Translations under genes and position numbers: made by a program
DNA from: Octopus sinensis
Taxonomy: Eukaryota
Length of the DNA: 64,000 bases
NCBI RefSeq assembly: GCF_006345805.1
Contig: NW_021830459.1
Coordinates: 1,183-65,182 of the forward strand
Direction of reading: 5' to 3'
Shown here: positions 26,288 through 36,525 of the stretch, piece by piece
How the letters are laid out: every line of letters begins with the position of its first letter
Numbering within the stretch: position 1 is the first letter of the stretch
The notes under the pieces: generated by a model
The model's database searches: none
Told to the model about the DNA's origin: nothing
What the model saw: only the letters and a program-made list of their open reading frames with translations

Positions 26288-26607
26288 AGACTCCGCCGGT
26301 TACGACGACGAGGGTCCCAGCTGATACGATCAACGGAACAGCTTGCTCGTGAAATTAACGTGCAAATGGCTGAGCATTCCACAGACACGTGTACCCTTAA
26401 CGTAGTTCTCGGGGATAATCAGCGTGACACAGAGAGTGACAAGGCTGACCCTTTGAAATACAAGTACAACTCATTTTTGCCAGCTGAGTGGACTGGAGCA
26501 ACGTGAAATAAAGTCTCTTGCTCAAGGACACAACGCGTCGCCGGGAATCGAACTCACAACCTTACGATCATGAGCCGAATGCCCTAACCACTAAGCCACG
26601 CGCCCTC
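26288..26607 (-). mobile_element. SINE family A' (tRNA head, CORE-like segment, family-A 3' half), full length
   Basis: 15-bp TSD tgaaatctacaataa at 26273-26287 and 26608-26622; contains gtgtccttgagcaagagactt. Confidence 0.9.
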
Positions 26608-27097
26608 TGAAATCTACAATAAGCCTCAACTAAAATATGGAGTCTTGTAGTCTATGTGCCTCTAAGAAATAATTGCTTACAATAAATACTGGTTTATTTG
26701 CTATCTTCTCGCTTGGTAATATGAACGCCGTGGATTTCAGCTACGTTTAACACTTATAGTGCTATTAGACTTGATTTCTTCGTACAGAACTTAGTATGTC
26801 CCTGTGTTTTTACTGGCTTCGGTTATTGGTTTGTGACCAAGCTGAAATGAGGACTAACGATTATATTATCGACAGCTGTACTTCGTTCAACCTGGTTTTT
26901 ATTGCAAAAAAAATACAGAGAAAATACAGAGAAAAGAGATAAAACAGCTATCACGTGCAAGCAGGTATCGCCTGGTAACTTGTGTCACACATTTGAGATG
27001 TCTACGGTGTCGCGAGCAGATATAGTAAACATTGGCCCAGTGAATTAGGCTCAGTGATGGTTGTAATGTAAGGATAAATGGTGCATACTAGGCTGGA

Positions 27098-27515
27098 AGG
27101 CGGCGAGCAGGCAGAAACGTTAGCACGCCGGGCGAAATGCATAGCCGTATTTCGTCTGCCGTTACGTTCTGAGTTCAAATTCCGCCGAGGTCGACTTTGC
27201 CTTTCATCCTTTCGGGGTCGATAAATTAAGTATCAGTTACGCACTGGGGTCGATATAATCGACTTAATCCGTTTGTCTGTCCTTGTTTGTCCCCTCTGTG
27301 TGTAGCCCCTTGAGGGTAGTAAAGAAATAGGTATTTCGTCTGCCGCTACGTTCTGAGATCAAATCCCGCCGAAGTCAACTTTGCCTTTCATCCTTTCGGG
27401 GTCGATAAATTAAGTATCAGTTACGCACTGGGGTCGATATAATCGACTTAATCCGTTTGTCTGTCCTTGTTTGTCCCCTCTGTGTGTAGCCCCTTGTGGG
27501 CTGTAAGAAAATAGG
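27098..27515 (+). mobile_element. SINE B dimer (second unit head-less)
   Basis: Junction aaagaaataggtatttcgtc at ~27330; degenerate 17-bp TSD with 3 mismatches at 27080-27096 and 27514-27530. Confidence 0.9.
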
Positions 27516-27654
27516 TACATGCTAGCCTGGCACATTTCAAAGCACTATGATGTTTCTAGCTAGGAGCTTGCCCAGATTCCTACATATCGTGCAAGCAAGA
27601 AGTGTTGCAAGGAAGAATCGGATTGGTTGTAGGATAGGATTTGAATGTTACGGA

Positions 27655-27942
27655 GGAGCATGTGTGTGTGTGTGTGTTTGTGTGCGCGTGCTCGTGGGGG
27701 TGGGTGTGTGTGTGTATGCGTGCTCGTGTGTGTGTGTGTGCGTGTGTGTGTGTGTGCGTGCTCGTGTGTGTGTGTGTGTTTGTGTGTGTGCGTGCTCGTG
27801 GGTGTGTGTGTGTGTATGTGTGTTTGTGTGTGCGTGCTCGTGTGTGTGTGTGTGTGTGTGTGTGCGTGCGTGCTCGTGTGTGTGTGTGCTCGTGGGTGTG
27901 TGTTGGTGTGTGCGTGCTCGTGGGTGTGTGTGTGTATGTGCA

Positions 27943-27974
<32 letters not shown>

Positions 27975-28035
27975 CTCGTGTGTGCGTGCTCGTGGTGTGT
28001 GTGTGTGTGTGTGTGTGTGTGCTCGTGTGCGAATA
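27655..28035. repeat. (TG)n-derived minisatellite punctuated by about 11 GTGCTCGTG motifs
   Basis: Directly visible. Confidence 0.9.
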
Positions 28036-28339
28036 CACACACTCATCCGTAACTTTCAAGCTCTTCCTTGCCTCTGCTACAAATTGACGATTAAAATAAA
28101 ACATTTTTTTTTATCGATTTATTCTTTAAAAAACAAGACATGCAAATCTACAATGATTAATGGTTTTACTTACTGGGGTTCCAGGTGACATTCAAGTCGA
28201 GAAGACTTGCCTATTCGCAATTATTTTTCTCAATCTCACGTCATCAATCTCAATATATTTTCATTACTGTTTAAAATTTCATGCCTTTCATTATTTGTAC
28301 GGGAGCTGCTGCTTCATTATCCTCCCCCTCCCTCCTCTC

Positions 28340-28425
28340 CCCCACCATCACCATCACATCACCATCATCATTATCGTCATCACCATCACCATCATCATCA
28401 TCATCACCACCACCATCATCATCAG

Positions 28426-28471
<46 letters not shown>

Positions 28472-28569
28472 GTCGTCATCGTCATCGTCATCATCATCGA
28501 CATCATCGTCATCATCATCATCATCATCATCATCTCATCATCATCATCATCATCGACATCATCGTCATC

Positions 28570-28622
<53 letters not shown>

Positions 28623-28634
28623 TATCATCATCAC

Positions 28635-28676
<42 letters not shown>

Positions 28677-28688
28677 TATCATCATAAC

Positions 28689-28745
<57 letters not shown>

Positions 28746-28784
28746 TATCATCATAACCATCATCATCATCATCATCACCACCAC

Positions 28785-28841
<57 letters not shown>

Positions 28842-28932
28842 AACCATCATATCATCATCATCATCATCATCATCATCATCTCATCATCATCATTATCATC
28901 ATAACCATCATCATCATCATCATCACCACTAC

Positions 28933-28980
<48 letters not shown>

Positions 28981-29008
28981 TATCATCATAACCATCATCA
29001 TCATCATC

Positions 29009-29068
<60 letters not shown>

Positions 29069-29249
29069 GTCGTCATCGTCATCGTCATCATCATCGACAT
29101 CATCGTCATCATCATCATCATTATCATCATCATCATCATCATCATCATCATCGACATCATCGTCATCATCATCATCATCATCATCATCATCGTCGTCGTC
29201 GTCGTCGTCATCATCATCATCGTCATCATCATCATCATCATCGTCGTCG

Positions 29250-29286
<37 letters not shown>

Positions 29287-29330
29287 TGTCATCATCGTCA
29301 TCATCATCGTCATCCTCATCATCATCGTCG

Positions 29331-29368
<38 letters not shown>

Positions 29369-29378
29369 GTCAACATCG

Positions 29379-29419
<41 letters not shown>

Positions 29420-29440
29420 GTCATCATCATCATCATCGTG
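28340..29440. repeat. ~1.1-kb (CAT)n trinucleotide array with internal duplicated variant blocks
   Basis: Directly visible; source of the poly-H/I/S/M ORFs. Confidence 0.95.
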
Positions 29441-29650
29441 GCGTTGTTGCCGTCATCGTTATAATCAGTTGCAGCGGCAATATATTCCCATTTCATTTTT
29501 TTAACTTCTGAAACGACATCAGTTGAATGCCGAACAAAATGTGTCCTTTTTTTTTTTTTTTTAATTAAATTTAATTTTGCCCATTTGTATTTTGTTTTCA
29601 AATAATTTTAAAGTTTGACTTTGCTTTTCATCTTCCCGGCGTCGATTAAA

Positions 29651-29960
29651 CTAAATATTGAATAACTTAACTGCTTCTGAATGTTGTGGCGTTGTGTCTA
29701 AATCATTTTCTTTTTTTGATGTTGTTGATATTGTTAATATAGAGTAGATGTTTAATTTTCTGGTCAACGATCTTACACCTCTCTTAGCATTATTCACTTG
29801 CGTGGACACGGGGAGCAGAGTGACACAGAAAATTAACGATGACAATGAGTCACCTTGAAAAATACCACAAGGCGATATTGATGATTGGTGAGGTGGTATA
29901 TCCTTCTTTAAAATGAGAATGGTTCTCCACGAATTCATGATCACTTTTAAAAAGTTCACA
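29651..29960 (-). mobile_element. R4/Dong-like LINE RT fragment
   Basis: NFLKVIMNSWRTILIL...CGIFQGDSLSSLIFCVTLLPVS. Confidence 0.75.
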
Positions 29961-30020
29961 AGGCGGTGCTCCAGCATGGCCGCAGTCAAATGACTGAAAC
30001 AAGTAAAATGAAAAAGAAAA
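29960..30020 (+). mobile_element. SINE C 3' tail only
   Basis: aaggcggtgctccagcatggccgcagtcaaatgactgaaacaagtaaaa. Confidence 0.8.
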
Positions 30021-30073
30021 ATGAAAAAAAATTGTTGGAGCTATCTTGTAAATTTCCAGGACCTTGATGATCT

Positions 30074-30480
30074 ATGCATAGGGGACACCGTAAAAAAACC
30101 TTCTGTAAGCCACTTTGGGGCTTTCGCATCTCTTATATTCCTTCTGTGTTAGGGGCAGAATATGCCATACAGTTTCCCCATTTTGTCCTCAAATTCTGCA
30201 CTTATCACTTTCCAATGTGTTGTCTATTCTGTATTTTATGTAATTTGTTCTTAGTGTGTGCTCTTGGGCAGCACGGATTAGAGCCTCCGTTTCCGGTTTT
30301 AAATCACTTTTAATCATCCACAGCCATCTTTTTTTCTCTGTCTGTCTTATCTTCAACATCCCTATGAAATTGTCCATGCAGTACCCGCCTATTTTCAGTT
30401 TCATTCGTTTTCAATTGCTTGTACAGTGCTTTATCTTTGCAATCTTTCATTCTACACAAGCCTGACCTTACTTCTAATAA
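30074..30480 (-). mobile_element. R4/Dong-like LINE post-RT/CCHC fragment
   Basis: LHGQFHRD..., WLWMIKSDLKPETEALIRAAQEHTLRTNYIKYRID..KCRI*GQNGETVWHI; includes a 21-bp tandem duplication at ~30463-30504. Confidence 0.8.
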
Positions 30481-30725
30481 TAGTGACCTTACTTCTAATA
30501 ATAGAGAGAAAGTGTTTTCTAAAAAACACGACAAACATCAGGATATAAACTCATGTTTTGCATGTGGTGATAATTTAAATAGTTGTATATACAACTATTA
30601 TATATATAGTGTAGATACAACTATTTAAATTATGGAATAAGTGTTTTGTGTAGAAATATAATTGCCTCAGTCGAAAGTTCAAATGCGGCTGAGCAAATGA
30701 AACAAAAATGTGGAACACATATAGG

Positions 30726-31142
30726 TTTCTTTATTACCCACAAGGGGCTAAACATAGAGGGGACAAACAAGGACACAGACAAAGGGATTAAGTCGATTAC
30801 ATCGACGCCAGTGCGTAACTGGTACTGAATTTATCGACCCCGAAATGATGAAAGGAAAAGTCGACCTCGGCGGAATTTGAACTCAGAACGTAACGGTAGA
30901 CGAAATACCTATTTCTTTATTACCCACAAGGGGCTAAACATAGAGGGGACAAACAAGGACAGACATAGGTATTAAGTCGATTATATCGACTCCAGTGCGT
31001 AACTGGTACTTAATTTATCGACCCCGAAATGATGAAAGGAAAAGTCGACCTCCACGGAATTTGAACTCAGAACGTAGCGGCAGACGAAATACCGCGAAGC
31101 ATTTCGTCCAGCGTGCTAACAATTCTGCCAGCTCACCGCCTT
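30726..31142 (-). mobile_element. SINE B dimer
   Basis: Same gacgaaatacctatttc junction at ~30900-30917. Confidence 0.9.
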
Positions 31143-31902
31143 TACTGTTCGATACCTGTTCGATCATGTTTTACGACGGGCTAAATATCAACAACAAGAA
31201 TAACACCGATACTAGTGCCAACTGAGTATAAAGGACTCTATGTCGATAAACGGCGTCAGCCATGTCTCATACCCGCTTTGTGTACGGTTTAGTTTGCTTT
31301 GTGTTTATATTTTTGTTGATATTCTGGCGATGGTAAATAGGTAACCTGATTGCTTAGAAATTTCTTGAATTAAAACCTGCTGCAGGACTAATCTATTTTG
31401 CGTTGCCTGATCCCCACGCAACTGCTGCGTTGAAAATATGCATTATATGCTAAATTGAATTTGTTTGCCATTTTCTAATCCCTTCAATCATTTTAGCTGT
31501 GGGGTTTATGGATTATTTATGAAGAACCACGTACTGTTTGGTTAGGGATTGACTGATAAACTCTACTTACGAAGCTCTGACTCAACGCGCATTTATGCTG
31601 AGCGTCAACTAAAGACAATGAATGCACAATAACTCATGAAACATAAAACATTTTTATAAAGGAAACCCTTGTGGAGTTCTAGGGAGAAAGGTATTTAAGG
31701 GAGAATAATCATCAATGCAAACACAATTCATGCCTGATCCCCTCCTTTCTCTATGTATTAGCATACCTCATATTGCTTTTAATCAACGTTAATCCTTGAA
31801 AATACGCCCTTTATTTAGCACACAGGTGTTGCTGAGCAACTGATATGTAAGTGTGTGAACAATACGGGAATATAACCACACACACACACGCACACACACA
31901 CA

Positions 31903-31946
<44 letters not shown>

Positions 31947-32027
31947 CTCCTCCGTCACTGCTTTCCAGTACATGGTTTTATAGTTAAGAATTTCGCACTG
32001 CTATCATGAGGTCCTGCGTTCGATCCT

Positions 32028-32203
32028 ATTTCTTTATTACCCTCAAGGGGCTAAACATAGAGGAGACAAACAAGGACAGACATAGGTATTAAGTCGATTA
32101 TATCGACCCCAGTGCGTAGCTGGTACTTAATTTATCAACCCCGAAATGATAAAAGGCAAAGTCTACCTCGGCGGAATTTCAACTCACAACGTAACGACAG
32201 ACG
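32028..32203 (-). mobile_element. Head-less SINE B unit abutting an oppositely oriented tRNA-like head (~31975-32027)
   Basis: Homology to family B; the head ends at B-box-like gttcgatcc. Confidence 0.75.
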
Positions 32204-32899
32204 TTGTGTGAAAATGTTACTTGGAATTAACTTGTATTATGTTTGTTGTTACTATCTTTCAACCCCAGGTCAGGACTGACTGAATTCATTTACGATCAAT
32301 GTCATTTCAATGAGATCCTACCGTATTTTTGTATATAACGAATAATATTGTCCAACCCGTACTTCCTTTTAAGACAATGGTGTGATTTGAGGAAGAGTAG
32401 ACTCCATATTTCTAGTATATCGAGCATTCGCATAAAACAGAGGTTCTTGTAGCGTTTTTTATGAACGAAACTTGCCACGCAGTCCAGGTTTTTGAAATGA
32501 CTGGCAACTCACCAAACTAATTTTATTATTACAGGTAGCTAGCAAAAGGCCCGATGGGAATATTAGTCAGAATATATCAGTGAAAAACAATGAGAATTCT
32601 TCATCTTGGAAATTCAGACAAAATCGATTTTAAACAGCGTCTGTGTACCGTTCTTCCTTCAATCTGTCGCGCTCGCTAGGTCACTCGGTTATACAGGGCA
32701 TCACCCCTCGCGCGCGCGCGTAAACACACACATACGTATGCACGCGCGTTCGCACGCGCACACGTACGTGCACGCACAGACACATACATACGTACATATC
32801 CCGTAACCTAGAGAGTGACGTTAGCGTTGACAAGAAGCGTAGCCTCTTCTGGACCTGCGATAGATACATTACATCCCACCTAGAAGGACATGCTTTCGT

Positions 32900-33639
32900 T
32901 ACCCAGGAACAGAAGCTACTAAATACTTGATGAACAAGGACAAAGATACCACCAAACCGCCACGTTATGATAAAAAAATGTCGAGTCTGCTATACTAGTG
33001 GGGAACCTAATTTATGTAATAACCTGGTCGGGTTGCAGTCATCAGTACATTGGACAAACGAGTTTAATTTTGAGGAAGAGAATCACTCTGCATAAGGAGC
33101 AAATCCGTTTCCCGCAATACAGACAAATTCCTCTTAGTGAACACATAGAAAAATGTGCAGGTAACATCAAACCAAATTTTACAGTCTTTCTTTCTACCAG
33201 TGCAAAGACACAATCTCTCAACTAGAACGCTTAAATAAAGAAACTTTTTTCATTGAAAAATACAAAACGCGTCTTAATAAGCACGCATAACCAATTTTTA
33301 TATTATTACATATTACATCACTGTACATAGATCTAAACAAGATCCCCCCTTTTTAAACCTGTCTCCTTTCTGTACACATTTATTCCCCACCCAAAACCTA
33401 AACAGTTATCTCCCTTACACACAACAATGACAATAATAACAACCAATTACCTCCCTTTACTTGTCATCTTGTAAAGTCATTCACTCGTGAATTTCATTTC
33501 AAACATGGACCCAATTTCTTCTTAAGAAAAAATATATTTTCATATAAATTAAACATTGTATCATGAATAGCGATTGCGAAACCGGTCGATACATTAAAAA
33601 TTATACTATAACCATGTAAGTGTGCGTATTTTCCGTTTT

Positions 33640-33650
<11 letters not shown>
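32900..33650 (+). mobile_element. Penelope-like element 3' fragment: GIY-YIG endonuclease remnant plus terminal repeat
   Basis: NLIYVITWSGCSHQYIGQTSLILRKRITLH..PQYRQIPLSEHIEKC, then out-of-frame ERLNKETFFIEKYK. The IY..YIG motif with downstream His residues is typical of Penelope endonucleases. Confidence 0.85.
33557..33593 (+). ncRNA. Minimal type I hammerhead-like motif, AUGAAUA (A3:U8) core variant
   Basis: tgtatc-ATGAATA-gc-gatt-gc-GAA-ACCGGT(palindrome)-C-gataca; 6-bp stem I and a GUC site. Confidence 0.7.
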
Positions 33651-33680
<30 letters not shown>

Positions 33681-33689
33681 ATATATAAA

Positions 33690-33898
33690 AAATGTCACCG
33701 CGTGGGTACCGTTGGCGATTTTTTTCCTCTGTCTTCCCTCTCTGGATCTTTCCTTCTCCTATGTTTCCGACGAAGAGCTCCGTTCGAAACGTTAAACCCT
33801 TCTTCTTTCCTTCTTTCCTGAGCGTCTCCAATAATACTATATTTGTTCAACGTCCTCGCGTTGTTGTGTTTTTTTGTGCTTTCATGTTTGGATTAACT
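33690..33898 (+). mobile_element. ~200-bp ORF-less Penelope-terminal-like element between (TA)n tracts
   Basis: Contains the hammerhead motif at 33763-33797; same architecture as 38005-38198 (gaagagc..g[c/t]tcgaaacgt.aaa...tcctgagcgt). Confidence 0.6.
33763..33797 (+). ncRNA. Minimal type I hammerhead-like motif (U4C, extra A)
   Basis: gttt-CCGACGA-A-gagc-tcc-gttc-GAA-ACGT-T-aaac. Confidence 0.55.
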
Positions 33899-34009
33899 AT
33901 AATATATATATATATAAATTAATAATAAATATTAGGGAATAAATCCAAACTTACAGGGAAAAATCAGATTTAGGATTGAATCCAATTTTATAGTAAAATA
34001 TTATATTTT

Positions 34010-34304
34010 ATTAAATTAGAGACAAAACCACTATTATGCAATTCAAACAATGAAAGACTTAATCCAATACATAAATTAATTTATATTATTTAGATATGTA
34101 ACAATTATTAAAAAATATAATTAATATCCACTACGATCGTTTCCTGTCTTCTGTCATCAAATTTTGATGACAAACGATCGTAGTGGATATTAATTATATT
34201 TTTTAATAATTGTTACATATCTAAATAATATAAATTAATTTATGTATTGGATTAAGTCTTTCATTGTTTGATTTGCATAATAGTGGTTTTGTCTCTAATT
34301 TAAT
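34010..34304. repeat. Near-perfect inverted repeat with 132-bp arms and an inner 10-bp hairpin
   Basis: Arms 34010-34141 and 34173-34304 with one mismatch (34042/34272); 34142-34151 is unpaired; inner arms tgtcatcaaa / tttgatgaca. Confidence 0.95.
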
Positions 34305-34307
34305 ATA

Positions 34308-34373
<66 letters not shown>

Positions 34374-35256
34374 TGTATGTATGTATGTATGTATAACACT
34401 TTTTATAACTATCTCGCTGGCGAGCCTTGTAATAAATATATTTTTATTTATCTGTATGACTATCTCTAACGAGATAGCTAGATTATATATTAAACATATA
34501 TCTGTCATTTTTTTTATATATCGATCCAACAAGCTACCTAGTCAGACAGTTAAAAAGCTATACAACCAGCTATGTGTTGAACGATTAATCGCGTTTCCCT
34601 TTTTTTATACACCATTCTTTCCTTTCATTATTCTATATTTTTTTAACTAGTTGCTATAGTTACATTTCTTCCAGCCACATAGTTTGCTTCAGACGTTATG
34701 TATAAAAGTACAAAATTATGAGTGAAGTGACCTACAAGCCTGACATATATTTTTAAATACCACCAGTTCTTAAGCCAGTTAATCTAGATCACATTCGTAT
34801 GATATACTCAATGTGGAAAACATTTGATGTTCTTAACATCCAATATTTTACACATTAAATATGTGATCCACGTTGAACGGCAAAGTAAACTCAGTTTCAA
34901 CGGGAAATGTAATATTGTTCCAGTCTTTTCTCCAACCCAATTCACTTACAGGAAATGGATCTCTATAAACTTTCATAAGTAGTCAGTTGGCCGAGTATTC
35001 CAGAGTCATATGTACCTTTAATGTAATTCACAAGTAGTGGAACAGTCTGTAACAAGACCTTGAAATTACAGCAATAATCCATCAGACGGGTTTTTATATA
35101 ATATCTGTCCACTTTTGACTCTCAAAGTTTACTTTATTTTGAGGTGATAGTAAAACAATTGCTTAAAATACCACGGAGTGGGATCGAATTCGAAACCATC
35201 TTGACCGTTTAGTCAAGCTGAAACCGATTCTACAGTTAATTAATGTCCTTGTGCGA

Positions 35257-35488
35257 AGGTATGGCTGGCAGAATCGTTAGCATGCCGGGCAAAATGCTTA
35301 GCGGTATTTCGTCTGCCGCTACGTTCTGAGTTCAAATTCCGCCGAGGTCGACTTTGCCTTTCATCCTTTCGGGGTCGATAAATTAAGTACCAGTTACGCA
35401 CTGGGGTCGATGTAATCGACTTAATACCTATGTCTGTCCTTGTTTGTCCCCTCTATGTTTAGCCCCTTGTGCGTAATAAAGAAATAGG
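35257..35488 (+). mobile_element. SINE B monomer
   Basis: Possible TSD aggtatg at 35257-35263 and 35486-35492. Confidence 0.9.
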
Positions 35489-35743
35489 TATGAACATCAC
35501 GCATTCCATTTCCTTGTCCAATCTAAAGCATAGAAACATTTTAGCTAGTCTTAGAAGAATTGCGCACATTTAATTAACTGACGTCAGTGAAGAAGAGCTA
35601 AGCTTGGACCAAGTCTAGGAATATGGCATTGCCAAGCAGGACATTATTTCCACCAAGTAAAATGTGACCGAGCAGCTGTTCCTATGATCGAAATCATTCA
35701 AGATTGATATTTTGATTGATATTTTGGGTTACGTTATCCACCG

Positions 35744-35779
<36 letters not shown>

Positions 35780-36033
35780 TTGGTGATGACGACAGGGGTG
35801 GTGGAGCTGGTGGTGATGAGGACAACGTTCATGATGATGGGATGAGAAAAAAATGATGTTGATAATGTTTGTTATGCTTAGTGGCATCTCTTCCGGCTCT
35901 TTACGTTCTGAGGACGAACATTGCCTGGGGTCGACTTCGTTTTTTCATCCGTTCGAGGTCGATAAAATTCAGCACCAGGCGAGTACTGAGATCGATATCA
36001 TCGATTAACACTTTCCGCAAAATTTGATGGCCC

Positions 36034-36036
<3 letters not shown>

Positions 36037-36067
<31 letters not shown>

Positions 36068-36481
36068 TGTATGTATGTATGTATGTATGTATGTATGCAT
36101 GTATATATTTATGTATGTATGTATGTATGTATGTATGTATGTATGTATGTATGTATGTATGCATGTATGTATGTATGTATGTGTGTATGTATGTATGTGT
36201 GTATGTATGTATTTGTGTGTGTAAGTAAGTATGTATGTATGGATGTATGTATGTATGGATGGATGTATGAATGTATGGATGGATGTATGAATGTATGGAT
36301 GGATGGTTGTATGTATGGATGGATGAATGTATGAATGTATGTATGTATGGACTAATGTATGCATGTATGTATAGATGGATGGATGTATGGATGTATGTAT
36401 GTATGCATGTATGTATGTATTGATGGATGGATGGATGGATGTATGCATGCATGCATGCATGTATGTATGTACGTACGTACA

Positions 36482-36520
<39 letters not shown>
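36037..36520. repeat. (TATG)n / (GGAT)n / (CA)n compound microsatellite
   Basis: Directly visible. Confidence 0.95.

Positions 36521-36525
<5 letters not shown>

Noticed and set aside
28207-29511. 434-aa His/Ile/Ser-rich ORF and overlapping poly-Met ORFs
   Set aside because: Translation of a (CAT)n array; no unique coding sequence or splice context.
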